From positions 1 through 46,667 of IMG/VR virus record IMGVR_UViG_3300032893_000002: 46,667 bases of DNA. One strand, written 5' to 3'. Position numbers and translations under genes: made by a program. Shown here one piece after another: positions 8,342 to 16,516 of the stretch (position 1 is its first letter; each line of letters starts with the position of its first letter). Source of the stretch: a virus. The notes below the pieces were generated by a model. It was not told the origin of the DNA, did no database searches, and saw nothing but the letters and a program-made list of their open reading frames with translations.

Positions 8342-8505
8342 ACATCCCCCTTTGCAATGTGCTTGTCAAACCACTGTTCGATCTTCCGTAGAGCAAGCTC
8401 CTTGTCTTGAAGACATAGCTTACCCTCCTGATAGCGGGGATTATCCGTTACCATGATATGCAGGCTTGGATAATCCCCACGGCTTTGATACAGAGCGATT
8501 GTCAT
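8338..8505 (-). CDS. hypothetical protein (55 aa)
   Basis: Trimmed to MTIALYQ... with CTAAGGAGGCTGTA SD. Confidence 0.45.
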   Translation of the reverse strand: MTIALYQSRGDYPSLHIMVTDNPRYQEGKLCLQDKELALRKIEQWFDKHIAKGDV

Positions 8506-8515
8506 TACAGCCTCC

Positions 8516-8680
8516 TTAGAGTTGAGGATTGGTTGTGAAGATCCACACAAAGCCCATGATCAATACTGTTAGGCTTAGTGCACGTTGTACGCTCTTTGTC
8601 TCGCCTTCAGCAGCAATGGTCATTAGGCTAGGAGCGCCACAGATCAGGAACAGCACTGCGATCGTTACTTGTAGTGACAT
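8516..8680 (-). CDS. small membrane protein (54 aa, below track cutoff)
   Basis: Hand translation MSLQVTIAVLFLICGAPSLMTIAAEGETKSVQRALSLTVLIMGFVWIF...; two hydrophobic helices; GGAGGAAGAAAATAGT SD. Confidence 0.4.
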   Translation of the reverse strand: MSLQVTIAVLFLICGAPSLMTIAAEGETKSVQRALSLTVLIMGFVWIFTTNPQL

Positions 8681-8681
8681 A

Positions 8682-8810
8682 CTATTTTCTTCCTCCGATC
8701 CTTAGGATTAACCCGATACCAGTTAGTAGTAACCCGAAGCACACTGCACCGAACAGTGCAGTGGCTACTAGTTGTTTCAACGCATCTGCTGCGATTTGAA
8801 GCTCTTGCAT
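8682..8810 (-). CDS. small membrane protein (42 aa)
   Basis: Trimmed to MQELQIAADALKQLVATALFGAVCFGLLLTGIGLILRIGGRK with CGAGGAGGAAGT SD; single TM helix; first gene of the minus-strand operon. Confidence 0.4.
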   Translation of the reverse strand: MQELQIAADALKQLVATALFGAVCFGLLLTGIGLILRIGGRK

Positions 8811-9010
8811 ACTTCCTCCTCGTTGTGTGATTTCTACTACTTGTATCACCATACTATGTATGATACCAATTAAGCCCATAGTCATTATACATGCTGTGTT
8901 AACATGCTATTGGTGTAGAACCAAAAGTTATTTTTAAATTACCCGCACTGCCTTTCTTAACTATGGAGAAGTTTTTAAATTTCTACAACTGGTAAATTGT
9001 ATAATATAAT
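8811..9010. promoter_or_regulatory. divergent promoter region between the two arms
   Basis: 200-bp AT-rich gap between the first minus-strand gene and first plus-strand gene; contains TTGTATAATATAAT directly abutting ATG 9011 and several TATAAT-like hexamers on both strands. Confidence 0.5.
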
Positions 9011-9877
9011 ATGACTAGAATTTTCAAACTACTGACTCTCCTTTACAATTTCTTGTGTTCCATACTAAACTTCAGCACTTCTTCCAACGCTTGTACTAAT
9101 ACTCCCGTTTCTACTAACACTTCTGTTCCAACAGAGGCTATAAAAGACAATACTCTGCCTAATCCTATATTACATGCAGAACCAAAAATTATAGAATTGC
9201 AAGAACATGAAATACAGAAAGTACTTCGTATTGAAATTGTTCCGGATAATGCGCATATTGAGCAGAATATTAAAAAGTCCGTGGTACCGCAGAAAGAGAA
9301 GATAGCAAGTCTTATTCAGAGAAAATTTCGGCCTATTGCCTCGTGGACATATGAGGTACAAGAAGAAATTTTGCAGCATCGTGACAAATGTTGGCGTATG
9401 ACTGGCGTTAGTGAGATTGGAGGCACGCCAATGATTGGGAATTTATCTGTAATACGCATGCTGTATAAAATGTATTATGGCTGTGATGCAGACGAATGCC
9501 TTAAGGCGGGCTGCGGACTACAAGGATTTATACGTGTAGGTTGTGTTAATTTCTTTAAGCACGATAGAAATTCGGGGCACATAGAATTGCGTGCAGATCG
9601 GAAACGTAAATTAATTAGTTTACGGCCCATTGCCGCAGCTAAGAGAACGATTGGCAAAGAGTATCCTTCTTTATATAAAGAAGCGCTTAATGATGAAGAA
9701 ACTGCTATCCTCGCCGATATACAGAAAATTTTTAATAAACTGGAAAAATCTGACTGCTATCTTGGGAAGAAAATTCCGCTCGACTGCATCATTGCGCGAA
9801 GCATTTATAAAAATAAACTAGGAATCATCGCAATATTAAAGCACGATAAAAGACTCGCTGCGCGTCTTCAATACTGA
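9011..9877 (+). CDS. hypothetical protein (288 aa) encoded in AT-rich island
   Basis: Long ATG ORF, about 30% GC, hydrophobic N-terminus (possible signal/lipoprotein-like), Lys/Ile/Asn-rich; no motif recognised. Confidence 0.5.
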   Translation: MTRIFKLLTLLYNFLCSILNFSTSSNACTNTPVSTNTSVPTEAIKDNTLPNPILHAEPKIIELQEHEIQKVLRIEIVPDNAHIEQNIKKSVVPQKEKIASLIQRKFRPIASWTYEVQEEILQHRDKCWRMTGVSEIGGTPMIGNLSVIRMLYKMYYGCDADECLKAGCGLQGFIRVGCVNFFKHDRNSGHIELRADRKRKLISLRPIAAAKRTIGKEYPSLYKEALNDEETAILADIQKIFNKLEKSDCYLGKKIPLDCIIARSIYKNKLGIIAILKHDKRLAARLQY

Positions 9878-10275
9878 GTAATAAAATTTCGGTTTCACAT
9901 TCTTCTTTTTCAAAAAGTGGGTACTTCGAGTTTTTATAAAAATTTCTATAACTCGGTAATAGTATAGGTTAATGATTCAGACCAAAAGGTCTTATGCTCG
10001 TTCTCCTCTGCACTGGACAGAGCTTCATCAATGAATAATCTTAATACATTATTCTGGCATATAAAACTGTGATCAAGTCTACTGCTATCTAATAGCCAAG
10101 ACCCATGCACTAGATGAGGATAAACCAGCCCATACGGCACTCGTTCACCTAAGAGAGTACCTACATGGCTTGAGGGCACTTCGCTGCATCATCAAGTGTT
10201 CCTTATGCCACCAACATCTATTCAACGTCTTCTAACATAGATAACTAATATAGAAGAGATAATATAGAGGTAGAT

Positions 10276-10482
10276 ATGTTTAATTTACTATCATGGATAT
10301 CAGCTTCTTTAACAGTTATCGGAATGTATCTAGTAGGTAGGAAGCTATGGTATGGATGGATTGTTAATCTGTTCATTTTAGCTTATATCAATTATACATT
10401 CCGATTGTATGGCTTCCTAGTATTGAATGGATTTTTGTTTATCCTGTTCATGAAGAATGCTGTTCAATGGAGATACAAATGA
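10276..10482 (+). CDS. small membrane protein (68 aa, 2 predicted TM helices)
   Basis: ATG ORF with AGAGGTAGAT SD; strongly hydrophobic sequence. Confidence 0.4.
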   Translation: MFNLLSWISASLTVIGMYLVGRKLWYGWIVNLFILAYINYTFRLYGFLVLNGFLFILFMKNAVQWRYK

Positions 10483-10751
10483 ATATGTTCTATATACCTG
10501 AGGATGAGATGCAATTTCAATTTCCTATCTTTCGTCGTGATTGTCATCCTGTTCATTTAACTGATGATACAGTTTTATCTTTTATCACTGGTGTTCGTGT
10601 ACTATATAATGCTATGACATATCTGTTTGAGCGGTATGATGATCGTTCAGTTCTCAACGTCTTTAAACAGGATATTGGTGATTACTACGCACTCCGCATA
10701 TTAGCTGCCTTACATTTAATCGTATCACAGGGTAGGGAAGAGCGGGTTTAA
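10467..10751 (+). CDS. hypothetical protein (94 aa)
   Basis: ATG ORF overlapping previous by 16 nt. Confidence 0.4.
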   Translation: MEIQMNMFYIPEDEMQFQFPIFRRDCHPVHLTDDTVLSFITGVRVLYNAMTYLFERYDDRSVLNVFKQDIGDYYALRILAALHLIVSQGREERV

Positions 10752-10806
10752 TGCGCAATCAAAATCGTTAATGCGCAATCAAAAGCAGGATATGCGCAAT
10801 CAAAAA
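10749..10806. repeat. three direct repeats of ATGCGCAATCAAAA at 20-21 bp spacing
   Basis: Seen directly: copies at 10751-10764, 10771-10784, 10792-10805, each preceded by TA/TT; immediately upstream of the CGGTAATAGTATAATTATATG motif. Confidence 0.85.
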
Positions 10807-10819
10807 GAGCGATATAGTG

Positions 10820-10840
10820 CGGTAATAGTATAATTATATG
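10820..10840 (+). promoter_or_regulatory. conserved motif CGGTAATAGTATAATTATATG (putative promoter, extended -10 like)
   Basis: Near-identical to 13719-13740 (CGGTAATTAGTATAATTATATAT) and similar to 9954-9974 (CGGTAATAGTATAGGTTAATG), 8991-9010, 37851-37863. Confidence 0.5.
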
Positions 10841-10860
10841 TCCAAAGGTTATACCTGGCA

Positions 10861-11091
10861 ATGCCAAAATTATATTCTTTCTTTGCTCACTTCAATCGTT
10901 GTAATATGCAACGTGGACTAAATAATGTCTGGACCGTCCACTTTCGAGGTGTTTGTTATCAAGTTGAAGGGATAGACTTTCGTGTTCCTACAAAAACTAG
11001 GTATAATAAAAGCGGTCGCCAGCCTAGAGCAACCATACGTGGACGTGCTAGATTTATTACGATACATAACAACTTTGCTGTTGTTAGATAG
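10861..11091 (+). CDS. hypothetical protein (76 aa)
   Basis: ATG ORF downstream of the putative promoter; poor SD. Confidence 0.3.
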   Translation: MPKLYSFFAHFNRCNMQRGLNNVWTVHFRGVCYQVEGIDFRVPTKTRYNKSGRQPRATIRGRARFITIHNNFAVVR

Positions 11092-11099
11092 GAGATAAT

Positions 11100-11315
11100 A
11101 TGCGTGAAACACTTGTAAAATGTGATAAGTGTGGACAATCGGTTACGTTCCATGGACCAACACCTCCTTCATTCAGACTCTTTAGAACGGAATCGGCTGG
11201 GCCGGAAGGGCCAACTGAACATTTCTTCGACTGTGATCTTTGTGTAAATTGTATCGTTGCTGCGTTCAACTTGATAGGAGAAGAGAACTTCAAAATATTT
11301 CTAAATAAGAGGTAG
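11100..11315 (+). CDS. zinc-ribbon protein (71 aa)
   Basis: CDKCGQ...CDLCVNC pattern; ATAGGAGATAAT SD. Confidence 0.5.
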   Translation: MRETLVKCDKCGQSVTFHGPTPPSFRLFRTESAGPEGPTEHFFDCDLCVNCIVAAFNLIGEENFKIFLNKR

Positions 11316-11325
11316 TCTTTTTTAT

Positions 11326-11739
11326 ATGGCTTCCAAACTAGAATATTTAGATAAACCCGTTCGTACAACACATGGTATTGAAACGATTACTCAGGAAGAA
11401 CTAACGTTACTGTATAAACTCCGTTATATCGATAACGATTGTAAAAATAAGAGAAATAAGCAAGCTCGCACGTTAACGCCAGAAGAGAGACAGACGAAGA
11501 CTGCTATTCAGCGAAAAAAGAATCGTATCAAATATGCGACAGATCGGCAAAAATTAACAGAAGAAGATTTTGAGCGTAAGCTGCAGAATATAGAACGATG
11601 CCATAAGCTTCTATCTAAATACTGGAATGATAGATTAAGTAAAGATGCGAAATTAAAATTCGCTAAGCAAATTAAAAGAAAGAAGGAAATTCAGTCTGCT
11701 GTAGAGGCATATAGGAAGATAACAGGAGGCCGGCCATAG
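11326..11739 (+). CDS. basic hypothetical protein (137 aa)
   Basis: ATG ORF, Lys/Arg-rich (nucleic-acid binding plausible). Confidence 0.5.
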   Translation: MASKLEYLDKPVRTTHGIETITQEELTLLYKLRYIDNDCKNKRNKQARTLTPEERQTKTAIQRKKNRIKYATDRQKLTEEDFERKLQNIERCHKLLSKYWNDRLSKDAKLKFAKQIKRKKEIQSAVEAYRKITGGRP

Positions 11740-11930
11740 CATATACAGGTGAATGCCAGGCGTGTAAGAATACAAAAGACAAGCAGTTAGAAGTTGTAGG
11801 CGCGCAAACAAAACTTGACTACTGCGATTCTCACCTAATCGAGCTTCGTGAATATACGAAAGGCTGGATGGCAGAAATGCAAGAGTTCCTCGTAGAGATT
11901 GAAAAAGAGATTGTGAATAGAGGGTTATAA
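11736..11930 (+). CDS. coding-like ORF with no ATG/GTG/TTG start (possible AUA start or decayed gene)
   Basis: 62 stop-free codons in an AT-rich region translating to ...ECQACKNTKDKQLEVVGAQTKLDYCDSHLIELREYTKGWMAEMQEFLVEIEKEIVNRGL; AGGAGG(11724-11729)-6 nt-ATA(11736); absent from the track because it lacks a canonical start. Confidence 0.3.
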   Translation: MAYTGECQACKNTKDKQLEVVGAQTKLDYCDSHLIELREYTKGWMAEMQEFLVEIEKEIVNRGL

Positions 11931-12051
11931 GTTTTTTGCTATTCCTGGACAAAACCCAGGCCGCTCAACGGGACTAAGTTACAGAGAACCGTTCACCTAA
12001 GTGACGAGAGGTAAGCTACCTGTAACGGACTGAAATTAGCAAATTTTAAAG

Positions 12052-12351
12052 GTGAGTATGGAAGAAAAAGCTAAGTGTGAAATATGCGGTGAACCAATGC
12101 CGGAGGGAGAGGAATCGTTTAAGTATCATGGGTATAGCGGACCATGTCCTAAACCCCCATTACCCAAATCTACAGAAATGCCGGATAGTGATAGAAAGTG
12201 GGTCGATGCATTAAAACCATATATCGGTGGCGGAATTGTGCCGTTCTATACGCTTCCGGATGGATCAGTTGATGCACAGAAGACGATAGACTCCTTTTGT
12301 ATGTTGAATGATGTGAATAAGAGAGTATATCCAAAAAGGAAGAATAAGTAG
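12052..12351 (+). CDS. hypothetical protein (99 aa)
   Basis: ATG ORF; alternative start MEEKAK at 12058 after AAAGGTGAGT. Confidence 0.45.
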   Translation: MSMEEKAKCEICGEPMPEGEESFKYHGYSGPCPKPPLPKSTEMPDSDRKWVDALKPYIGGGIVPFYTLPDGSVDAQKTIDSFCMLNDVNKRVYPKRKNK

Positions 12352-12452
12352 TAAAGAAGTAAGCAGTGGTGGTAGTTGGTTTAACGATATTTTAGTTCTT
12401 GCGACTTGAAACTCGCTCCGCTCGTGAAGATAAAACTTGAAGAGGTAATAAT

Positions 12453-12791
12453 ATGTATTGTACAAATGATTTAGAAGAATCTCTAAAGAGAGTATCGCTT
12501 CGTTCTGAACCTGTATACGTATTAAGTGCGTGGGGAAAAGCTGAAAGCCCAGACGTTTGTTGTCATATGGATTGGAGCGGAGGTTTTGTTCTTCTATTAG
12601 CAGATGGAGGTTTCGCTTATTTAGAAGGATGGTGTGATTATACTGGTTGGGGATGTCAGGACGGCGCTGAAATTAGATATGCAGATAGCCTAGCAGGATT
12701 AAAGCTTAGAAAAGATGTGAAGTGGGACAAACTTCCTCAAGATTTGAATAAATGGCTTTCATCAGGACGGAAACCTTGGGAGGAAAGATAA
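12453..12791 (+). CDS. hypothetical protein (112 aa)
   Basis: ATG ORF with GAAGAGGTAATAAT SD. Confidence 0.45.
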   Translation: MYCTNDLEESLKRVSLRSEPVYVLSAWGKAESPDVCCHMDWSGGFVLLLADGGFAYLEGWCDYTGWGCQDGAEIRYADSLAGLKLRKDVKWDKLPQDLNKWLSSGRKPWEER

Positions 12792-13211
12792 TTGGATAAA
12801 GTAGTTGACAGAATTTATGTAGGCGATAATCTAGATCCTCATGAATTACGCGTTAGTAATTCGGAGCAGATTGGAGCAATATTGAATGTATGCGAAACAT
12901 TTGATCCTGCTCTAGACGTTGCATCTTTGCATATGCCATTTGCCGATTGCGCTCCAATTCCTACATACGAATTTCAAACTTGTATGTCGTGGCTTGAGCA
13001 ACAGTATCGACGATCAGACAGAAATATTTTTATTCATTGCCATTTAGGGATAAGTAGAAGTCCAACGATATGTGCTTCATTTATGTTTTTACAGAAGATT
13101 TCACCGACAATACAAGAAGCATTAGCTACGATTAAAGCAGCTAGACCAATCATAAATCCTCATCCTTTAACACTTCAGTCAGCTATTACGTATTTAGAGG
13201 AGATGAAATGA
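12792..13211 (+). CDS. CX5R-type (dual-specificity / protein-tyrosine family) phosphatase
   Basis: P-loop IHCHLGISRSPT = HC(X5)R(S/T) signature plus upstream Asp (PFADCAP); TTG start after GGGAGGAAAGATAA SD; size typical of minimal DUSP or RNA/polynucleotide phosphatases. Confidence 0.65.
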   Translation: MDKVVDRIYVGDNLDPHELRVSNSEQIGAILNVCETFDPALDVASLHMPFADCAPIPTYEFQTCMSWLEQQYRRSDRNIFIHCHLGISRSPTICASFMFLQKISPTIQEALATIKAARPIINPHPLTLQSAITYLEEMK

Positions 13212-13714
13212 AAACAGATGGACTCTGCGGAATTGAATGGTTTAAAGCAAATAAAGAACTTCAAAACGCGTCAAGAGAAAAGTGGGATGTTAGATTTTTG
13301 GAATTGGCTAAGTTTATTGCCAGTTGGTCTAAAGATCCTTCTACTAAGACTGGAGCCGTAATTGTTCGGCCTAATAAATCGGTTGCTTCTGTTGGGTTTA
13401 ACGGCTTCCCTACTAAGTTAATTGATTCCGAAAAAGATTATTCTAATCGAGATGTAAAGTATAGTAAGATCATTCATTGTGAAATGAATGCGCTTCTATT
13501 TGCGCGTGAACAAGTAACAGGATATACACTCTATACCTATCCTCTTGCTTCTTGCGAACGTTGTGCAGTTCATATGATTCAAGCCGGAATTACAAGATGT
13601 GTATTTCCAAAGATTCCACACGATCAACAAGAACGCTGGCAAGATTCAGTAAATAGGACAAAGACGTATTTAACAGAAGCAGAAGTTGACTGGCGTGAAG
13701 TAGATTTTGAATAA
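13208..13714 (+). CDS. dCMP (deoxycytidylate) deaminase
   Basis: Zinc-binding motifs HCEMNAL (H-x-E) and SCERC (C-x-x-C) at canonical spacing; length and layout of ComEB/dCMP deaminase family. Confidence 0.8.
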   Translation: MKTDGLCGIEWFKANKELQNASREKWDVRFLELAKFIASWSKDPSTKTGAVIVRPNKSVASVGFNGFPTKLIDSEKDYSNRDVKYSKIIHCEMNALLFAREQVTGYTLYTYPLASCERCAVHMIQAGITRCVFPKIPHDQQERWQDSVNRTKTYLTEAEVDWREVDFE

Positions 13715-13718
13715 GGAC

Positions 13719-13740
13719 GGTAATTAGTATAATTATATAT
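13719..13740 (+). promoter_or_regulatory. conserved motif CGGTAATTAGTATAATTATATAT (putative promoter)
   Basis: Second copy of the 10820-10840 motif; TATAAT at 13728-13733, ATG of a small ORF 5 nt downstream. Confidence 0.5.
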
Positions 13741-13900
13741 GGCAAAGATTTTTAAGCTTGTACTACCAAACGAAAAAGGTATTTTCGTAATTCCAGCGGA
13801 ATACAGTGGCTGCAAGTTTATAATTAGAGATCATAGATGTTTTGTTATTCTAGAAGAAGGTAAACAAGAAATTCTTGAAAATGTACAGGAGCTTGCATGA
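13739..13900 (+). CDS. small ORF (53 aa, below track cutoff)
   Basis: Hand translation MAKIFKLVLPNEKGIFVIPAEYSGCKFIIRDHRCFVILEEGKQEILENVQELA; stop overlaps ATG of the next gene (ATGA); no SD, so leaderless or near-leaderless if real. Confidence 0.3.
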   Translation: MAKIFKLVLPNEKGIFVIPAEYSGCKFIIRDHRCFVILEEGKQEILENVQELA

Positions 13901-14292
13901 AATTCTTTCAAAAGGCTTCCGATGGAGGAAAAGATTCGGGCGTTACAGCTTATTTCTTAGTAGAAATTAAATCTTTATTCTCGATAACGCTTTTACATTT
14001 CGAACCTAGTCACAGAGAAGCTTTTCATAGTCACGCATTTAATGCTGTGACTCTATGGTTAAAGGGCGTTGCAGTAGAAGAAGTTAGAGACGAAAAAGGA
14101 ATAACCGTTAATTTGTGGGCAGCGGGTAAGTTTAAGTATACGCCACGAGAGTTAATGCATAGGATTAAAGTATTACGAAAGGGAGCTTGGGCTTTATCTA
14201 TTCGCGGCTCTTGGCAAGAACAGTGGCAAGAGTATCATCCAAGTATACGAAAAGTAATTACTTTAACACATGGCAGAAAACAAATTAATTAA
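13897..14292 (+). CDS. hypothetical protein (131 aa), possible cupin-like His cluster
   Basis: HFEPSHREAFHSH histidine cluster; otherwise no motif. Confidence 0.4.
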   Translation: MKFFQKASDGGKDSGVTAYFLVEIKSLFSITLLHFEPSHREAFHSHAFNAVTLWLKGVAVEEVRDEKGITVNLWAAGKFKYTPRELMHRIKVLRKGAWALSIRGSWQEQWQEYHPSIRKVITLTHGRKQIN

Positions 14293-14312
14293 GGAGAACG
14301 CAGGAGATTTTT

Positions 14313-14495
14313 GTGGAAGATAATCAATTGAAGTGTAGCCTTACGACATATGATCAATTAAAAGACTATGCTTATTACTTTCTATCTCAAAAACTAATTA
14401 CAGAACCTCAATTTCATAACATCATGGAATTTTTAGGGAAGAAAGAATTACAAGAAAAGAACGCATATAAGGCAGTTTGGGGAGCAGGAGAATAA
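14313..14495 (+). CDS. hypothetical protein (60 aa)
   Basis: Non-ATG (GTG) start in track, GGAGATTTTT SD. Confidence 0.3.
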   Translation: MEDNQLKCSLTTYDQLKDYAYYFLSQKLITEPQFHNIMEFLGKKELQEKNAYKAVWGAGE

Positions 14496-14497
14496 GT

Positions 14498-14668
14498 ATG
14501 AGTAAAATAGTCGAATATACTGTTTACATAGATGACGATTCGCTATCTGTTTTTGCCGATCGTTTTGACTACTCTATTTCAGGAAATAGTATTACGTTTT
14601 ATATTGGAGATGATACAGTTGCGCTCTTTAATATGACTTATACAAGAGGCATCGTGAGAACAGGTTAG
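14498..14668 (+). CDS. hypothetical protein (56 aa)
   Basis: Trimmed to MSKIVEY... with GGAGCAGGAGAATAAGT SD. Confidence 0.4.
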   Translation: MSKIVEYTVYIDDDSLSVFADRFDYSISGNSITFYIGDDTVALFNMTYTRGIVRTG

Positions 14669-14728
14669 GAATAATTTTTAGTAACCCTTGAAAAATCACA
14701 CAACTTTTAATATAATACATATCCCGCA

Positions 14729-15490
14729 ATGCACAAACCTCTAGGCATTAAAAATTACGGAAGCATCGGCCATCTACCTCAGAGCCGTCTGGGACCAGGA
14801 GATCATAAGGTTCCAGACGGACAGGCCGCTATATGTATTGAACAAACAAGAGATGAGTATGATAGAGTAATTGTTACAGAAAAATTAGACGGTTCGAATT
14901 GTGGTGTAGCTTTACTTGATGGACAGATTTTAGCTTTAGGTAGAGCAGGATATTTAGCACAATCCTCTCCTTACGAACAGCATCAACTATTTGCCTACTG
15001 GGTTAGACAAAATGAAGCAAGTTTTCGTAAAATTCTACGAGAAGGCGAACGATGCGTCGGCGAATGGCTGGCGCAAGCACATGGAACTAAATACGACTTG
15101 CCTTGTCCGCCGTTCTGCGTTTTTGATATTATGAAAGGACGTGAGCGCGCTCCGTGGAGCGAAGTATTAGAACGTTGCTATCCTTTAGTTAATACTGTTC
15201 CAGTATTACATGATGGAGGAGCCGTAGCGATAGAAACAATTATGCATGATTTAAATGCTGTTCCAAGGGCGTATGGACAATGCGATGAAAAAAGATTTTA
15301 TGGTTGGTTTGGTGCGATGGAAGAAGTAGAAGGAGCTGTTTGGCGAGTTGAAAGAAAAGGAAAATTTGACTTTATGGCGAAGTATGTCAATCCAGATAAG
15401 CTTGATGGGAAGTACTTAGAAAAAGTAAGCGGACAGCCGCCTATATGGAATTGGAGACCAAATGCTGAAGATAGTGTTATCAATTTATAA
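14729..15490 (+). CDS. ATP-dependent polynucleotide ligase-like nucleotidyltransferase (RNA ligase-like, 253 aa)
   Basis: Covalent nucleotidyltransferase motifs in order: I VTEKLDGSN (KxDG), III CVGEWL, IV EGAVWRVERKG, V KYV; size fits small RNA-ligase family (PF09414-like) rather than DNA ligase. Confidence 0.55.
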   Translation: MHKPLGIKNYGSIGHLPQSRLGPGDHKVPDGQAAICIEQTRDEYDRVIVTEKLDGSNCGVALLDGQILALGRAGYLAQSSPYEQHQLFAYWVRQNEASFRKILREGERCVGEWLAQAHGTKYDLPCPPFCVFDIMKGRERAPWSEVLERCYPLVNTVPVLHDGGAVAIETIMHDLNAVPRAYGQCDEKRFYGWFGAMEEVEGAVWRVERKGKFDFMAKYVNPDKLDGKYLEKVSGQPPIWNWRPNAEDSVINL

Positions 15491-15653
15491 GGACGATAAT
15501 GCTCAACCGCTGTTTCAAATTCGTGGAGATGCTTTTGAATCATTATGTTGGGTGGCAGAAGATGATAAAAAAGGGATTAAAGATGATGGAAGGGTATTGA
15601 AAAATCTCGGTTATTGGCCAAATCTACCGCGCAAAGAGGAAAATAAGGATTAG
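15462..15653 (+). CDS. hypothetical protein (63 aa)
   Basis: ATG ORF with GGAGA SD, overlaps previous gene end by 29 nt. Confidence 0.35.
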   Translation: MLKIVLSIYKDDNAQPLFQIRGDAFESLCWVAEDDKKGIKDDGRVLKNLGYWPNLPRKEENKD

Positions 15654-15656
15654 TAT

Positions 15657-16055
15657 ATGGGATCGAGAGCGCCAAAACCTACAAAGAGGGAAGTTGACGC
15701 TGTACTTGCGCAATTAGAAAAATTAGATGTTCCTCCAGTAGATTATTCACAACGTTGCCTTACAGATGGTTCTCCTATAACTTCAGATCATAAAGAAATT
15801 GATCCTATTACAAAACAACAGAAAGACTATATAGTTCTGACAGCAGAGGAACGTGCTAAAGGATTCGTTCGTCCAGTTCGAGATACTTACACACATCTGA
15901 AGTGCAATTCTGATACAACAATGGGCAGAGCTATTGCAGAAACCTACGCGCGTGAACCAAAATTTTATAGCGGAACATTCTGCTGTACTTGCCAACAACA
16001 TTTCCCGCTAGACGAATTTGTCTGGAAGGGTACAGAAGAGATACTAGGAACATAG
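15657..16055 (+). CDS. hypothetical protein (132 aa)
   Basis: ATG ORF; Cys cluster FCCTCQQH near C-terminus. Confidence 0.45.
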   Translation: MGSRAPKPTKREVDAVLAQLEKLDVPPVDYSQRCLTDGSPITSDHKEIDPITKQQKDYIVLTAEERAKGFVRPVRDTYTHLKCNSDTTMGRAIAETYAREPKFYSGTFCCTCQQHFPLDEFVWKGTEEILGT

Positions 16056-16156
16056 AGTATGAGACTGAGACGTAAGTAGGCGGCAGGTTCCGCACTCAAC
16101 CAAAGCCGGTAAATTCTCAGATATAATCCGGCAGAATTAAGCAAAAAGTAAGAAAA

Positions 16157-16516
16157 ATGGAGAAAATAGCATTAATGGACTTTAATTTCTATCATGAAGA
16201 AGCATTAAAATCGGCTGTTTATCCGAATATTGGTAATAATCCGCATTATCCGCTGATGGGTTTGGCAGGAGAAGTTGGTGAAGTAGCAGAGAAGATTAAG
16301 AAACTATGGCGCGATAAGAACCAATCTAAAGGTGCAGAATTCTCTGCAGAAGATAAAGAAGCTATAGCACTAGAACTTGGCGATGTACTTTGGTATGTAT
16401 CAGCTCTGGCTAGAGAAATAGGTTTGCCATTAGAAAAAGTAGCATCTCTAAATTTGGCAAAGTTGGGTTCTCGCAAACAGAGAAATAAAGTACATGGTTC
16501 GGGGGATAATAGATAG
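16157..16516 (+). CDS. mazG: MazG-type nucleoside triphosphate pyrophosphohydrolase
   Basis: Canonical MazG motifs LAGEVGEVAEKIKK (E-x-x-E-x-x-E) and ELGDVLWYVSALA. Confidence 0.8.
   Translation: MEKIALMDFNFYHEEALKSAVYPNIGNNPHYPLMGLAGEVGEVAEKIKKLWRDKNQSKGAEFSAEDKEAIALELGDVLWYVSALAREIGLPLEKVASLNLAKLGSRKQRNKVHGSGDNR

Noticed and set aside
10838-10921. 27-codon ORF starting 3 nt after the TATAAT at 10829-10834, and 20-codon ORF at 9972
   Set aside because: If the motif is a promoter, the transcription start would fall downstream of these ATGs. No SD, very short.
11653-11952. Minus-strand track ORF 11653..11952 (99 aa)
   Set aside because: Low-complexity Leu/Ser-rich translation, antisense to the better coding-like frame 11715..11930 and to the 3' end of 11326..11739.
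13897-14292. Calling the 131-aa protein a cupin dioxygenase on the basis of HFEPSHREAFHSH
   Set aside because: Single His cluster without the second cupin motif spacing. Kept as hypothetical.
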